DNA of 64,000 nucleotides from Polyangiaceae bacterium (GCA_044222475.1 JBGANF010000013.1:1-64000), one strand, 5' to 3'. Positions 26,582 to 37,045 are shown, counted from the first letter of the stretch. The notes: a model not told the origin generated them from the sequence alone. Numbers and translations: made by a program.

Positions 26582-29026
26582 ATGAAGCGTGCATCCGCCC
26601 TCGTCGGCGTTCTTGCCGGTTGTGTGGTGCTCGGACCGGGAGCGTCGGTGGATGCGCAGGTTCCTCGCGGCGCCGACTACGTGCGCGCGCTCGGGACCGA
26701 CGTCGACGCGATCGTCGCCCCTCAGTCGCACATGGTCGGCGCCCTCGTCGACCTCCCGAAGGGCGTTCGCGCGCAGGATCTCGGGCTCGACGAGGTCGCG
26801 ACCGGCATCGGGCGCATGCGGGCGCCCGCCGCCGACGTGATCGCGTTCGGCGAAGCGCACCCGGAGCTCCGCGTCGAGATCATGCCGACGCTCCACCCGC
26901 TCCTCGATCGCGCCAGCATCTACATTCGAACCGAGGCGCTTCGCTCCCAAGGCGCCGACGGCGCCGGGACGCTCGTGGGCGTCGCCGACACCGGGCTCGA
27001 CGTGACCCACCCGGATTTTCGCGATCCGAAGACGCTGAAGTCGCGCGTCGCGTGGATGCTCGATTTCTCGATGAAGCCGCTCGGCCTCCACCCGGAGCTC
27101 GAGGCGAAGTACGCCGTCAAGGACTCCAAGGGCGACCTCCTCGGCGCCGTCCTCACCGGCCAAGACATCGACGATCTCATCGCGCAGGCGAAGCCGGTGC
27201 CGGTCGATCGCAACGGTCACGGGACCCACGTCGCGTCGATCGCCGCCGGCAACGGTGGCGGCACGCGCTTCATCGGCGCGGCGCCGAAGGCGGGGCTCGT
27301 CATCGCGCGCATCTCGCGCACCGACCTCGGCTCGTTCGAGGGGGACGACGCGCTCCGCGGGGCCGACTTCATCTTCAACCGCGCCGACGCGATGAGCCTC
27401 CCGGTCGTGCTCAACTACTCGCTCGGGACCGACTTCGGACCGCACGACGGAACGTCGGCGTGGGAGCGCGCGCTCGCCGATCACGTGGGGCCCGACAAGC
27501 CGGGACACGCGTTCGTGGCTGCGGCCGGCAATAGCGGATCGATCGCCGAGTCACCGACGCACGAGAGCGTGTACGTCACCCGCGGCGCGACGGTGCGCGT
27601 CCCCGTCACCACGTCCGGTGCGCAGAACGGTGGGGTGCAGATTTGGGTCACGCTCCGCAAGGGCGCCGAGCTCGACATCGGCCTCGATGGACCGAACGGA
27701 ACGTGGATCGCGCCGATCGGCCCGAAGACGGACAAGGGCTACAACCCCGGCGGCGCGAACGCCGCCGTCCTCTACGGGACTCCGACGAGCACGGTGCCCG
27801 CGGACTCGCGCGGTGCGGTCGTGCTGTGGCGCGGTGCGTGGCCGAAGGGGACGTACGCGGTGACGCTGAGCGGCTCCGGGCTCGCCGAGCTCTACCTCTC
27901 CGGCTCGGGTGACGCTTCGCTCGAGGGCCCGAGCCCGGCGTACTTCAGCGGCGGCGTTCGTGAAGGAACGGTCTCGCTCCCGGCGACGCACCCCAGCCTC
28001 ATCGCCGTCGGTTGCACTGTCAGCGGCCCGGACTGGAAGTCGATCACCGGCCTCCGCGTCGCGCTCTCTGCGCCGCTCCTCGATCCGGCGGGTGGTCTCC
28101 GTGATCCCAGCCGCGCGCGTCGTCCGTTCGAGCAGGGCGAGCTCTGCTACTTCTCGAGCGCGGGACCCACCGCGGCCGGCGTGCCCAAGCCCGACATCGC
28201 CGCCCCGGGAGCCGTGATCACCGGCGCGATGAGCGGGCAAGCCAAGCCCGACGTGCAGACGAGCGTCTTCCACTCCGACACGTGCCCCGCCGACCCCGAC
28301 ACCGGCACGCGCGATCCGCGGTGCCTCCAAGTCGACGCGACCCACGGCGTCTCTCAGGGGACGTCGATGTCGTCGCCGATGGTCGCCGGCGCGATCGCTC
28401 TCCTCTACCAGCGCGATCCAACGCTGACCCAAGACGTCGTGCGCGCGCTGCTGCAAGCCGGCGCTCACAAGTTCCGCGGACCGGCACCGTTCTTCGATCA
28501 GTCGGGCCCCGGTGAGCTCGACGCCGAGGCGTCGCTCTTCGCGCTCGCCGAGATGAAGTCGCCGGTGCTCGTGCTCCCGAGCGCGAAGGCGAGCTGGGCG
28601 ACCCTGAGCGCCGACTACGCCACGGCCGACGGATCCACGCCGCTGACGGTGACCCTCGAGCTCCGGAGCGAGCTCGGCAAGCGGGCGAGCCTCTTCGACG
28701 CGTCGCGATTGCAGCCCGTCGTTACCATGTTGGGACGACCGGTCATCTCCCCGCCCGAGATACGGCGGAGCACCGCGCCCGGGTTGTTCACGTACGAGGT
28801 CCTTCTTCCGCGCGGCCTCGGCGGGCGCGCCGTCACCCTCGGTGCGACGTTCGACGGAGAGAACGTGGTCAGCCCGATCACGATCCCGATCGCGACCGAC
28901 ACGTGGACCGCGAACTACCTCGGGGAAGCGAAGGGCGCGTGCAACGCCGGTGGTGGGGACCCTGGGGTGCTCGCGGGTCTCGGCGCAGCTCTTGCGCTCC
29001 TCGCGCTCCGTCGCCGGCGGGGCTAA
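26582..29026 (+). CDS. Secreted S8 subtilase with a MYXO-CTERM-like tail
   Basis: DTG, HGTHVA, AAGN and GTSMS catalytic motifs; C-terminal GACN-hydrophobic-RRRRG. Confidence 0.9.
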   Translation: MKRASALVGVLAGCVVLGPGASVDAQVPRGADYVRALGTDVDAIVAPQSHMVGALVDLPKGVRAQDLGLDEVATGIGRMRAPAADVIAFGEAHPELRVEIMPTLHPLLDRASIYIRTEALRSQGADGAGTLVGVADTGLDVTHPDFRDPKTLKSRVAWMLDFSMKPLGLHPELEAKYAVKDSKGDLLGAVLTGQDIDDLIAQAKPVPVDRNGHGTHVASIAAGNGGGTRFIGAAPKAGLVIARISRTDLGSFEGDDALRGADFIFNRADAMSLPVVLNYSLGTDFGPHDGTSAWERALADHVGPDKPGHAFVAAAGNSGSIAESPTHESVYVTRGATVRVPVTTSGAQNGGVQIWVTLRKGAELDIGLDGPNGTWIAPIGPKTDKGYNPGGANAAVLYGTPTSTVPADSRGAVVLWRGAWPKGTYAVTLSGSGLAELYLSGSGDASLEGPSPAYFSGGVREGTVSLPATHPSLIAVGCTVSGPDWKSITGLRVALSAPLLDPAGGLRDPSRARRPFEQGELCYFSSAGPTAAGVPKPDIAAPGAVITGAMSGQAKPDVQTSVFHSDTCPADPDTGTRDPRCLQVDATHGVSQGTSMSSPMVAGAIALLYQRDPTLTQDVVRALLQAGAHKFRGPAPFFDQSGPGELDAEASLFALAEMKSPVLVLPSAKASWATLSADYATADGSTPLTVTLELRSELGKRASLFDASRLQPVVTMLGRPVISPPEIRRSTAPGLFTYEVLLPRGLGGRAVTLGATFDGENVVSPITIPIATDTWTANYLGEAKGACNAGGGDPGVLAGLGAALALLALRRRRG

Positions 29027-29046
29027 CATCGAGGGAGGAGGGCCCG

Positions 29047-29682
29047 ATGCGCCACTCGATCTTTGCTTTCGTCGTCGTCGCCGTGGGTCTCGGGGTCGCT
29101 TGCGGAGGGGGTACGGTCGCCATCACGAACGACGGTGGATCGAGCGACGCCGCCAAGGACGGAGTCGCTCCGCCGGACACCTTCGCGTGCAACGCGCCGG
29201 GCGAGTGCGACATCCGCCCGAAGTCGTGTTGCGGGACGTGCGGCGCGCCGACGACCGACGACATGATCGGGGTCAACTGGCAGAAGGGCGGGCAGTACAC
29301 GAGCACCGTCTGCGCCGGAGCGGGCTGCCCGGCGTGCTTCAAGGAGCCGGATCCGAACCTCGCGCCGGTGTGTCGCGCCAAGGCGTGCAACGCGGTCGAC
29401 GTGCGCGTCGACACGATGAGCGCGTGCAAGACGAACCAAGACTGCGGGCTCCGCTACAGCGGGTGCTGCGAGGCGTGCGCGGCGAACGATCCGACCAAGC
29501 TCATCGCGCTCTCGTCGACCGGACGCCAGGAGTACGTCGCGAACCAGTGTCACCCGGATGCCGGTGGCTGTCCGAAGTGCGCGGTGATCTACCCGCCGGG
29601 CTACGAGGCGGTGTGCAACACGCAGACGGGGCACTGCGAGGTCGGCAAGTTGCTCGGCGCCGACGCGGGCGGCGGCGGGTGA
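29047..29682 (+). CDS. Cys-rich lipoprotein (two internal repeats)
   Basis: GAGGAG RBS; LGVAC lipobox; duplicated C..C..CCxxC module. Confidence 0.75.
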   Translation: MRHSIFAFVVVAVGLGVACGGGTVAITNDGGSSDAAKDGVAPPDTFACNAPGECDIRPKSCCGTCGAPTTDDMIGVNWQKGGQYTSTVCAGAGCPACFKEPDPNLAPVCRAKACNAVDVRVDTMSACKTNQDCGLRYSGCCEACAANDPTKLIALSSTGRQEYVANQCHPDAGGCPKCAVIYPPGYEAVCNTQTGHCEVGKLLGADAGGGG

Positions 29683-29966
29683 GGCGCGCTGCGATCCTCG
29701 TCGTCGCGGTCGCGGTCCTCGTGGTGGCGTGCAAGAAGAACCCGATCGGTGGCGAGTGCTCGGCCGCGATGGACTGCGCAGCCGGCGCGGAGCGCTGCTT
29801 CAAGATGGAGAACGAGACCAAGGGCGTGTGCTCGAAGACCTGCACGGCCGACTCGGACTGCGGAGCGATCGCGACATGCCAGGAGGTCGAGGTGAGTCAC
29901 ACCGGCGGCGTCTATGGCAAAGAGGGAGTGACGTTTCACGAGAAATGGTGTCTTCCGAAGAAGTAG
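29679..29966 (+). CDS. Small Cys-rich lipoprotein
   Basis: GTG overlaps the previous stop; VVAC lipobox; CSKTCTADSDC. Confidence 0.65.
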   Translation: MRRAAILVVAVAVLVVACKKNPIGGECSAAMDCAAGAERCFKMENETKGVCSKTCTADSDCGAIATCQEVEVSHTGGVYGKEGVTFHEKWCLPKK

Positions 29967-29969
29967 CGG

Positions 29970-30051
29970 CGGACTCGGAAGCGGAAGCGGAAGCGGAAGC
30001 GGAAGCGGAAGCGGAAGCGGAAGCGGAAGCGGAAGCGGAAGCGGAAGCGGA
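29970..30051. repeat. Hexanucleotide microsatellite (CGGAAG)12 preceded by CGGACT
   Basis: 12 perfect copies at 29976-30047, filling the gap between two convergent stop codons. Confidence 0.95.
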
Positions 30052-30053
30052 CC

Positions 30054-30974
30054 CTACAGCGCTCGCCGCACGAACAGACTCTCCAACGTCTCCCGCTTCG
30101 CCTCGAGCCTCGCGATCCGCGCTCCCCCCGCGTGCGCGGCTGCGATCACCTCTTGCACCGCGGCGTACCCCTCGACCTCGCAGACGACGTGATCGCCCAT
30201 GGTCCGCGCGCCGGCGTTCATGGCCGTGAGCTTCTTCGCGAGCCCGCGGTCGACGTTCTCGAGCGCGATCTCGGTCCGCGTCTTCGACGTCTCGAGCAGA
30301 TCGCGCAGCTTGCCGCTCACCACGACCTCGCCCTTGCGGAGGATGCACACCCGATCGCAGAGCTGCTCGACGTCGCTGAGGATGTGGGTCGAGAAGAACA
30401 CCGTCTTGCCGCGCTCGCGCTCCTCGAGGATGAGATCGCGCACGTCCTTTCGGCCGACCGGATCGAGCCCGCTCATCGGCTCGTCGAGGATGAGGAGATC
30501 GGGATCGTGCACGAGCGCCGAGGCGAGCCCGACGCGCTGGCCCATCCCTTTGGACAGCGCCTGCACCGGGCGATCGATGGCCTCCGCCATCCCGACCCGG
30601 CCGATGATCTCCACGACGCGCCGATCGAGCTTCGAGCCGGACATCCCCGAGAGCCTCCCGCACAGCGTCACGAACTCGCGCGGGGTGAGGTACGGGTAGA
30701 CGTACGGGTTCTCCGGAAGGAAGCCGACCCGGGCCATCGCCTTCGGTGACGGGATCTCCTGCCCGAAGATCGTGGCCCGCCCCGAGGTGGGGAAGATCAA
30801 CCCGGTGAGCATCTTGATCGAGGTCGTCTTCCCCGCGCCGTTCGGGCCGACGAAGCCGAAGACCTCTCCCTCCGTGACCTCGAACGAGACACCGCGAACG
30901 GCCTCGACCCGCCGTCCCGAAAAGGGACGACGGAAGGTCTTCGCGAGCTTCTCGACCGAGACGACGGCCGTCAC
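30054..30974 (-). CDS. ABC transporter ATP-binding protein
   Basis: GPNGAGKT, LSKGM, ILDEP and H-loop STH. Confidence 0.92.
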   Translation of the reverse strand: MTAVVSVEKLAKTFRRPFSGRRVEAVRGVSFEVTEGEVFGFVGPNGAGKTTSIKMLTGLIFPTSGRATIFGQEIPSPKAMARVGFLPENPYVYPYLTPREFVTLCGRLSGMSGSKLDRRVVEIIGRVGMAEAIDRPVQALSKGMGQRVGLASALVHDPDLLILDEPMSGLDPVGRKDVRDLILEERERGKTVFFSTHILSDVEQLCDRVCILRKGEVVVSGKLRDLLETSKTRTEIALENVDRGLAKKLTAMNAGARTMGDHVVCEVEGYAAVQEVIAAAHAGGARIARLEAKRETLESLFVRRAL

Positions 30975-32389
30975 TTGTCCTTCTCCTTCGGCTCGCCGAG
31001 CTCCTTCGGTGCCTCGGTGCCTTCGCCGTACTCGTGGAGCTTGTACTGAATCTTGCGGGCCGACACCCCGAGGATCATCGCCGCCTTCGAGGTCGATCCG
31101 CCGCACGCCTCGAGCGTCCGCAAGATGGCATAGCGCTCCAGATCATGGATGGTCGACCCCGGGATCGGGGGCGGCCCGCCCTGCGCCTCTTGAGGAAGGA
31201 TCGACGCGGGCAGATGCCGACGCTCGACGTGAGTCCCGTCGCAGAGCACGACGGCGCGTTCGATCGCGTTCTCGAGCTCGCGCACGTTGCCCGGCCACGC
31301 GTGCTGCGCGAGCGCGTCGAGCGCGTCGTCGCGGATGCCCTCGATCGCTCGGCCGTTCTCGGTCGCGTAGCGACGGAGAAAGAAGTTCGCGAGCGTGGGG
31401 ATGTCTCGTTTGCGATCGCGCAGCGGCGGCAGCTCGATCGGGACGACGTTGAGCCGATAGAACAGGTCCTCGCGGAACGTGCCGGCCTCGATGGCCTTCT
31501 TCAGGTCGCGGTTCGTCGCGGCGATCACGCGCACGTCGACGCGGAGCGTCTCGTTTCCACCGACGCGCTCGAACGCCTTCTCTTGGAGCGCGCGGAGGAG
31601 CTTCACCTGGGTGCCCGAAGGGATCTCCCCAATTTCGTCGAGGAACAGCGTCCCGCCGTCGGCTTGCTTGAAGCGACCCTCGCGCCGACCGACCGCCCCG
31701 GTGAACGCACCGCGCTCGTGACCGAAGAGCTCGCTCTCGAGCAGCCCCTCGGCGAGGGCAGCACAGTTGAGGCGAACGAGCGGTTTCGCCGCGCGCGGCG
31801 AAGCGGCGTGGATCGCTTCGGCGATGAGCTCCTTGCCGGTGCCGCTCTCGCCCTGGATGAGGACGCTCGCCTTGCTCGGACCGACCTGGGCGATGAGGCC
31901 GAGGATCTCGTTCATCTTCGGGTCGTCGGTGACGATGTGGCCGAAGGCGTTCCGTTCGCGGAGCCGATCGCGGAGGCGCTGCGCCTCTTGGAGGAGGCGC
32001 GCCTTCTCCATCGCGCGCTCGATGACCGCAGAGAGCGCGTCGAAGTCGAGCGGCTTCGTCAGGTAGTTCTCGGCGCCCTGCTTCACCGCAGCAACCGCCC
32101 CGGAGATCGTCCCGAACGCGGTCATGACGACGAACACCGCGCCGGGCGAGGCCGCCTTGGCCTTCTCCATGAACGCCATGCCGTCGAGCCCGGGCATCTT
32201 CAGGTCCGTGAGGATGACGTCGGGCGAGAAGTCTTCGAGCTTTCCGAGCGCCTTGAACCCGTCGGCGGCGGTCTCGGTCTGGTAGCCCTCGTCGTGAAGA
32301 ATTTCACTCAGCGCGGCACGCGCGTTGGCTTCGTCGTCCACGATGAGGATGCGACCTCGTGACCGCGCGGAGGGGACGGCGCTCGGCAT
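30971..32389 (-). CDS. Sigma54-dependent response regulator (NtrC family: REC-AAA-HTH)
   Basis: [36 protein letters not shown] and a Fis-type HTH. Confidence 0.95.
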   Translation of the reverse strand: MPSAVPSARSRGRILIVDDEANARAALSEILHDEGYQTETAADGFKALGKLEDFSPDVILTDLKMPGLDGMAFMEKAKAASPGAVFVVMTAFGTISGAVAAVKQGAENYLTKPLDFDALSAVIERAMEKARLLQEAQRLRDRLRERNAFGHIVTDDPKMNEILGLIAQVGPSKASVLIQGESGTGKELIAEAIHAASPRAAKPLVRLNCAALAEGLLESELFGHERGAFTGAVGRREGRFKQADGGTLFLDEIGEIPSGTQVKLLRALQEKAFERVGGNETLRVDVRVIAATNRDLKKAIEAGTFREDLFYRLNVVPIELPPLRDRKRDIPTLANFFLRRYATENGRAIEGIRDDALDALAQHAWPGNVRELENAIERAVVLCDGTHVERRHLPASILPQEAQGGPPPIPGSTIHDLERYAILRTLEACGGSTSKAAMILGVSARKIQYKLHEYGEGTEAPKELGEPKEKDK

Positions 32390-32483
32390 CAGGGGGCCGT
32401 TTTAGCAGCAAACCCAGGCGGTCGAATGATCCCTTTTTGCCTTTGCTCTCCACTTTCGCGCGATGGTACAACCTTGCGCGAAA

Positions 32484-34766
32484 ATGAACCCGCCCCGAAC
32501 CGCCCTTCGCGCTTCCTTCCGATGGCTCTCCACGCTCGGCTTGCTCTTCGGGGTCGGCCTCGTGTCGAGCGAAGCCTTCGCACAGAAGATCACGTTCGGT
32601 GGCGGTGGTGGCGGGACGCCTCCCGCGCCAACGGCGACGACGCCTGCTGCGACGACGACGGCTGCGAAGCCGCCGCCGCCGGCGCCGACGGCGACGGGCA
32701 CCGGCACCGCGGCGCCGAAGGACGCGCCGCCGGCAGAGACGACGACTCCGCCCACCGACGAGTGGAAGGATCGCGACAGCACCGTCGACGAAGCGAGCTC
32801 GCTCCACGGTGACGTCGGTCTCCTCCACATCGAGCACGCGCAGATCGGCAACTCGGGTCAGTTCCGGCTCGGCTTCACGAGCGAGTTCTACTCGGGCGGC
32901 TTCCTCTGCACCCCCGAGTTCCCGTGTCCGAACCCCAGGGGCGGCGCGAAGGTCACGGCGGACTCGCTCAGCCACATCGGCGGGACGATCAGCATCGACG
33001 TCAGCATCCTCAAGTGGCTCGAGGCGTACGCCACCACCGGCGCCTACGCGAACTCGGACGATCAGAACCGGCCGACGCTGCTCCAGGTTCTCGGTGACAT
33101 CAACTTCGGCGTGAAGGCCGGCGGCGGGATCACCAAGTGGCTCTACGCCGCGGGCCTCGTCGAGATGCACCTCGTCAACGGCACCGGCGCGGTCGGTCTC
33201 GCCGGCTCGGCGACGGGCGCGCGCCTCGGCGCTCTCGCGACGACGGACTTCCGCGGTCTCGACAAGCCGCTCCCGCTCCGCTTCTCGCTCAACCTCGCCT
33301 ACAACTTCGACAACAGCGGCAAGGTCGTCGAGGACACCGAGGCGCGTCGTGGCCAGCCGGTGACCCGCATCGAGCGCTTCGGCCTCAACATCAACCGCAC
33401 CGACCAGTTCAACATCGGCGTCGGCGCGGAAGGCCTCTTCCTCGACGATCGGATCCGCCCCTTCATCGAGTACCGCGCGTCGATCCCGGTCAACCGCCAA
33501 GGCTACCTCTGCCGCCCGAACAACCCGAGCGGCGATCAGTGCCTCGCGAACACCGCGGTCGTGCCGAGCGCGTTCACGATCGGTGGTCGCTTCTTCCCGT
33601 GGAAGCACGGCTTCAGCCTGCTCGCCGCGTTCGACATCGGCGTGACCGGCGTCGGCGCGTTCATCGAAGAGGTCCAGCCCCAGATGCCGTGGACGCTGTT
33701 CCTCGGCGGCTCGTGGGCGGTCGACACCTGGGAGCGCCCCCCGGTCGAGAAGCTCGTGACCAAGGAAGTCCGCGTCGAGGGCAAGCCCCCGGTCCGCGGT
33801 CACCTCAAGGGCATCGTCCACGAGAAGGACAAGACCGACGGCATCCCGGGCGCGATCGTCGTCTGGGAGAACCACCCGGAGCTCACCGCGCTCTACACCG
33901 GCCCCGACGGCCGCTTCAACACCCAGGAGCTCGGCGACGGGAAGTACACCTTCACCATCAAGGCCGACGGCTACAAGGACGGCGCGTGCGAGGGCAACCT
34001 CGCCAAGGGCACCGACTCTCAGGTCGACTGCGCGCTCGAAGCGCTCCCGCGCGTCGGCGTCATCGTCGGTCACGTGCGCGACGGTGAGACGATGGGCGCG
34101 GTCGCCAACGCGACCGTCAAGCTCAAGGACGCGACCGGCAAGGACTACCAAGTCACCGCCGACTCGCAGGGTGGCTACCGGTTCGAGGGCGTCGCCCCCG
34201 GCACCGCGACCCTCAGCGTCGACGCGGACGAGTACCTCAGCTTCGTTGCTCCGGCCGACGTCAAGGTCCGCCAGGAGATCACCTCCGACGCGATGATCCG
34301 TCACCGCCCGAAGACGGCGCTCGTCACCGTCGGCGCGACCGAGATCACGATCAAGCAGCAGATTCAGTTCGCGCTCGATCAGGCGATCATCCTCCCCGAG
34401 TCGATCCCGCTCCTCACCGAGATCGCGGACGTCCTCATCCACAACCCGCGCATCAAGCGGATCGAGATCCAGGGCCACACCGACAACTCGGGCACGGCCG
34501 ATCACAACCAGACGCTCAGCGATCAGCGCGCCGAAGCCGTTCGTGCGTGGCTCACCTCGCACGGCGTCACTCCGGACCGCCTCGTCGCGAAGGGCTACGG
34601 CCAGACCAAGCCGCTCGTCCCGAACGTCACGACCGCGAACAAGGCGAAGAACCGCCGCGTTCAGTTCATCATCCTCGAGCAGGATCCGGCGACGGCCGTC
34701 AAGCCGCCGACCGGCGGTGGTGGTGGCGGCGCTCCGCCGGCGGGCGGCACCAAGCCTCCCTTCTGA
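32484..34766 (+). CDS. OmpA-family outer-membrane protein with carboxypeptidase-regulatory-like domains
   Basis: Signal peptide, barrel-like region, two transthyretin-like repeats, OmpA motifs GHTD and NRRVQF. Confidence 0.85.
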   Translation: MNPPRTALRASFRWLSTLGLLFGVGLVSSEAFAQKITFGGGGGGTPPAPTATTPAATTTAAKPPPPAPTATGTGTAAPKDAPPAETTTPPTDEWKDRDSTVDEASSLHGDVGLLHIEHAQIGNSGQFRLGFTSEFYSGGFLCTPEFPCPNPRGGAKVTADSLSHIGGTISIDVSILKWLEAYATTGAYANSDDQNRPTLLQVLGDINFGVKAGGGITKWLYAAGLVEMHLVNGTGAVGLAGSATGARLGALATTDFRGLDKPLPLRFSLNLAYNFDNSGKVVEDTEARRGQPVTRIERFGLNINRTDQFNIGVGAEGLFLDDRIRPFIEYRASIPVNRQGYLCRPNNPSGDQCLANTAVVPSAFTIGGRFFPWKHGFSLLAAFDIGVTGVGAFIEEVQPQMPWTLFLGGSWAVDTWERPPVEKLVTKEVRVEGKPPVRGHLKGIVHEKDKTDGIPGAIVVWENHPELTALYTGPDGRFNTQELGDGKYTFTIKADGYKDGACEGNLAKGTDSQVDCALEALPRVGVIVGHVRDGETMGAVANATVKLKDATGKDYQVTADSQGGYRFEGVAPGTATLSVDADEYLSFVAPADVKVRQEITSDAMIRHRPKTALVTVGATEITIKQQIQFALDQAIILPESIPLLTEIADVLIHNPRIKRIEIQGHTDNSGTADHNQTLSDQRAEAVRAWLTSHGVTPDRLVAKGYGQTKPLVPNVTTANKAKNRRVQFIILEQDPATAVKPPTGGGGGGAPPAGGTKPPF

Positions 34767-35173
34767 TGCGGCTCGCGAGGGGTCTCCTCGTTCTTCTGCT
34801 CGCGACGGCGGCCTGCAAGGGCAAGGTCGACCAATGCAACGCGTTCGTCGACGAGGCGAACGCGGGGCAGAACAGCTACGTCGGCCTCGAGGCGGCGGTC
34901 GGAAACCCCGACGCGCTGACCAAGAGGGCCGACGCGCTGGACGCGAGCGCGAAGAAGCTGCGGGCGATCACGCTGTCCGACGAGAAGCTGGTCGACCTGC
35001 GGGATCGGTACGCCAAGTTGACGGGCGACTACGCCGCGGGGCTTCGGAAGCTCGTCGCGGCGCCGAAGGACGACCCGGCCGGGGCGCTCGCGATCGAGCA
35101 GGATCTCGACGGCGTGGCGGACAAGCAGCAGAAGCTGATCGTCGAGATCAACGGGTATTGCGGCGGTCGCTGA
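34766..35173 (+). CDS. Helical hypothetical lipoprotein
   Basis: ATG overlaps the previous stop; LATAAC lipobox. Confidence 0.7.
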   Translation: MRLARGLLVLLLATAACKGKVDQCNAFVDEANAGQNSYVGLEAAVGNPDALTKRADALDASAKKLRAITLSDEKLVDLRDRYAKLTGDYAAGLRKLVAAPKDDPAGALAIEQDLDGVADKQQKLIVEINGYCGGR

Positions 35174-35189
35174 GCCGCTCCCGCGCGAG

Positions 35190-35221
35190 TTGCAAATTAG
35201 ACGATAGGGTTCTAATTTGCA
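35190..35221 (+). promoter_or_regulatory. Sigma70 promoter embedded in a perfect 11-bp inverted repeat
   Basis: TGCAAATTAGA (35191-35201)-9 nt-TCTAATTTGCA (35211-35221); TTGCAA-17-TAATTT. Confidence 0.75.
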
Positions 35222-35224
35222 CAG

Positions 35225-36382
35225 ATGGCTCATCCGCGGATTGCTGCGGCGCGCCTCGCGATGCTCCTCCGCCAGTTCCCGGCGGTCGCGCTCCTTGGCG
35301 CGCGCCAGGTCGGTAAGTCGACTCTCGCCCGCGCGGCCCTGCAAGACTACCACTACCTCGATCTCGAAGACCCGCGCGACGCGGCGTTGGTCGAGCGCGA
35401 CGTCGCCTTCGTTCTCGAGCAACATCCTCGGCTCATCATCGACGAAGCGCAGCGGTTCCCGCCGCTCTTTCCCGCGCTGCGAAGTCACCTCGACCGGAAC
35501 ACGAAGCGGCGCGTCGTCGTGCTCGGCTCCGCGGCTCCCGGCCTTCTCTCTCGAGTTTCCGAATCGCTGGCGGGTCGGGTCGGCGTCCTCGAGCTCGACG
35601 GAATTTCCGTCCTCGAACACGAGTCCGACACGCTTTGGCAACGCGGCGGATTTCCACGCGTCCACTGGTCGCGACCTCGCGCGCGGCCCGAGGACTGGTA
35701 TCCGGCCTACCTTCGGACCACGCTCGAGCAGGACATCCCTCAGCTCGGGTTTCGGATCGCGAGCAGTCGTCTTCGAAACCTTCTCACGATGGTCGCGCAC
35801 TCGCAGGGCAACCTCTGCAACCTGAGCGAGCTGGGCGGTGCACTCGGCGTGAGTTACCACTCCGTCGCCCACATCCTCGACATCTTCGAGGGCATCTTCC
35901 TCGTGCGGCGACTCGCTCCCTATTTCGCCAACATCGGCAAACGGCTCGTGAAGAGCCCGAAGCTCTACGTTCGCGACACCGGGGTTCTCCACTCGCTTCT
36001 GGGCATGGGCTTCACGCCGTCGGAATTGCTGCGCCATCCGAAAGTGGGCGCGAGCTTCGAGACCTTCGTCATCGAACAGATCGTGAGCCACGCGAAGCTC
36101 GTCGACGAGAGCGCCGAGGCGTTCTTCTTTCGCACGTCGACGGGCGTCGAGGTCGATCTCCTGCTTCGCCTTCGAGGCAAGCTCGTTCCCATCGAGATCA
36201 AGTTGGGCGTCACTCCTCCTGATACCAAGAGCCTCGAGGTCTGCATGGCCGATCTGGGCATCGAGCGGGGTTGGGTCGTCAATCGCAGTGAAGGCTCCAC
36301 CGACCTCGGCCGCGGGATCCGAATGTCGGGTCTCGAAGCGCTGCTCGACGCGCTCGCCCTCGTGCCACGGCGGAGACGATGA
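35225..36382 (+). CDS. AAA_14 ATPase + DUF4143 (PD-(D/E)xK-like) protein
   Basis: GARQVGKST, IIDEAQ, SESLAGR, GGFP, KSPKLYVRDTG and EVDLL...IEIK motifs. Confidence 0.9.
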   Translation: MAHPRIAAARLAMLLRQFPAVALLGARQVGKSTLARAALQDYHYLDLEDPRDAALVERDVAFVLEQHPRLIIDEAQRFPPLFPALRSHLDRNTKRRVVVLGSAAPGLLSRVSESLAGRVGVLELDGISVLEHESDTLWQRGGFPRVHWSRPRARPEDWYPAYLRTTLEQDIPQLGFRIASSRLRNLLTMVAHSQGNLCNLSELGGALGVSYHSVAHILDIFEGIFLVRRLAPYFANIGKRLVKSPKLYVRDTGVLHSLLGMGFTPSELLRHPKVGASFETFVIEQIVSHAKLVDESAEAFFFRTSTGVEVDLLLRLRGKLVPIEIKLGVTPPDTKSLEVCMADLGIERGWVVNRSEGSTDLGRGIRMSGLEALLDALALVPRRRR

Positions 36383-36996
36383 TGCGCGCACTCTCGATTC
36401 TCGCCAGCTTCCTCGTCCTCGGTCTTGCCTGCGGAGCTCGCACGGACCCTGGTGGGTATCGCGACGGGTCCGTCGAAGACGCATCGATCGGCGTCGACGC
36501 GTCACGCGACGTGACCAGCGACGCTCCGGCCGACGTTCGCCTCGATCGCAACCCGCCGAAGGACGCGGCGGCGTGCTGCGGGTCGCTGCTCCTCAACGCG
36601 AATCAGATCCCCGGCAACTGCGTGCAAGGTGCACCGTTCCTCGCGTTTGCGATCGACGCGGAGTGCAGCGCTCCGGTGCAGCGCATCGACGTCCACACGA
36701 GCGCGAAGCAGCTCGCCGTCCTCGCCGACGGCGGCGGCATCCCAGGCGCGATCCTCGTCTCGCCGACCGCGACGTTCGCGTCCGATCCCGGCTGGTTCTC
36801 GATCGCGCCGACCGGTCTCGTGCTCCAGCAGGGCCTCCGCTACTACATCGCGATCGGCGGCTCGGGCACGCCCTGCGACTACGCGAATCAGGGCGACCCG
36901 GTGGAGTACTGGGGAAACTGGGACAACGCGCTGCAGAAATTCGAGGGGCCGTTCTTCCAGCCCTACGTCGCGCGGGTGATCGCGAGCTGCAAGTGA
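36379..36996 (+). CDS. Hypothetical lipoprotein
   Basis: LGLAC lipobox. Confidence 0.65.
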   Translation: MMRALSILASFLVLGLACGARTDPGGYRDGSVEDASIGVDASRDVTSDAPADVRLDRNPPKDAAACCGSLLLNANQIPGNCVQGAPFLAFAIDAECSAPVQRIDVHTSAKQLAVLADGGGIPGAILVSPTATFASDPGWFSIAPTGLVLQQGLRYYIAIGGSGTPCDYANQGDPVEYWGNWDNALQKFEGPFFQPYVARVIASCK

Positions 36997-37045
36997 CGAT
37001 CAAGCTCTTCACGGCGTCGCAGCCGACGTGTAGACCTCGTTCGAC

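Noticed and set aside
23915..27508. 1197-aa ORF as one gene
   Set aside because: The upstream part overlaps the M23 and subtilase genes. The recognisable protein starts at GTG 25606.
29970..30051. EA/SA dipeptide-repeat ORFs over the hexamer tracts (also 48.6 and 49.2 kb)
   Set aside because: The tracts lie outside the stop codons of the real genes, and the ORFs crossing them have no other support.
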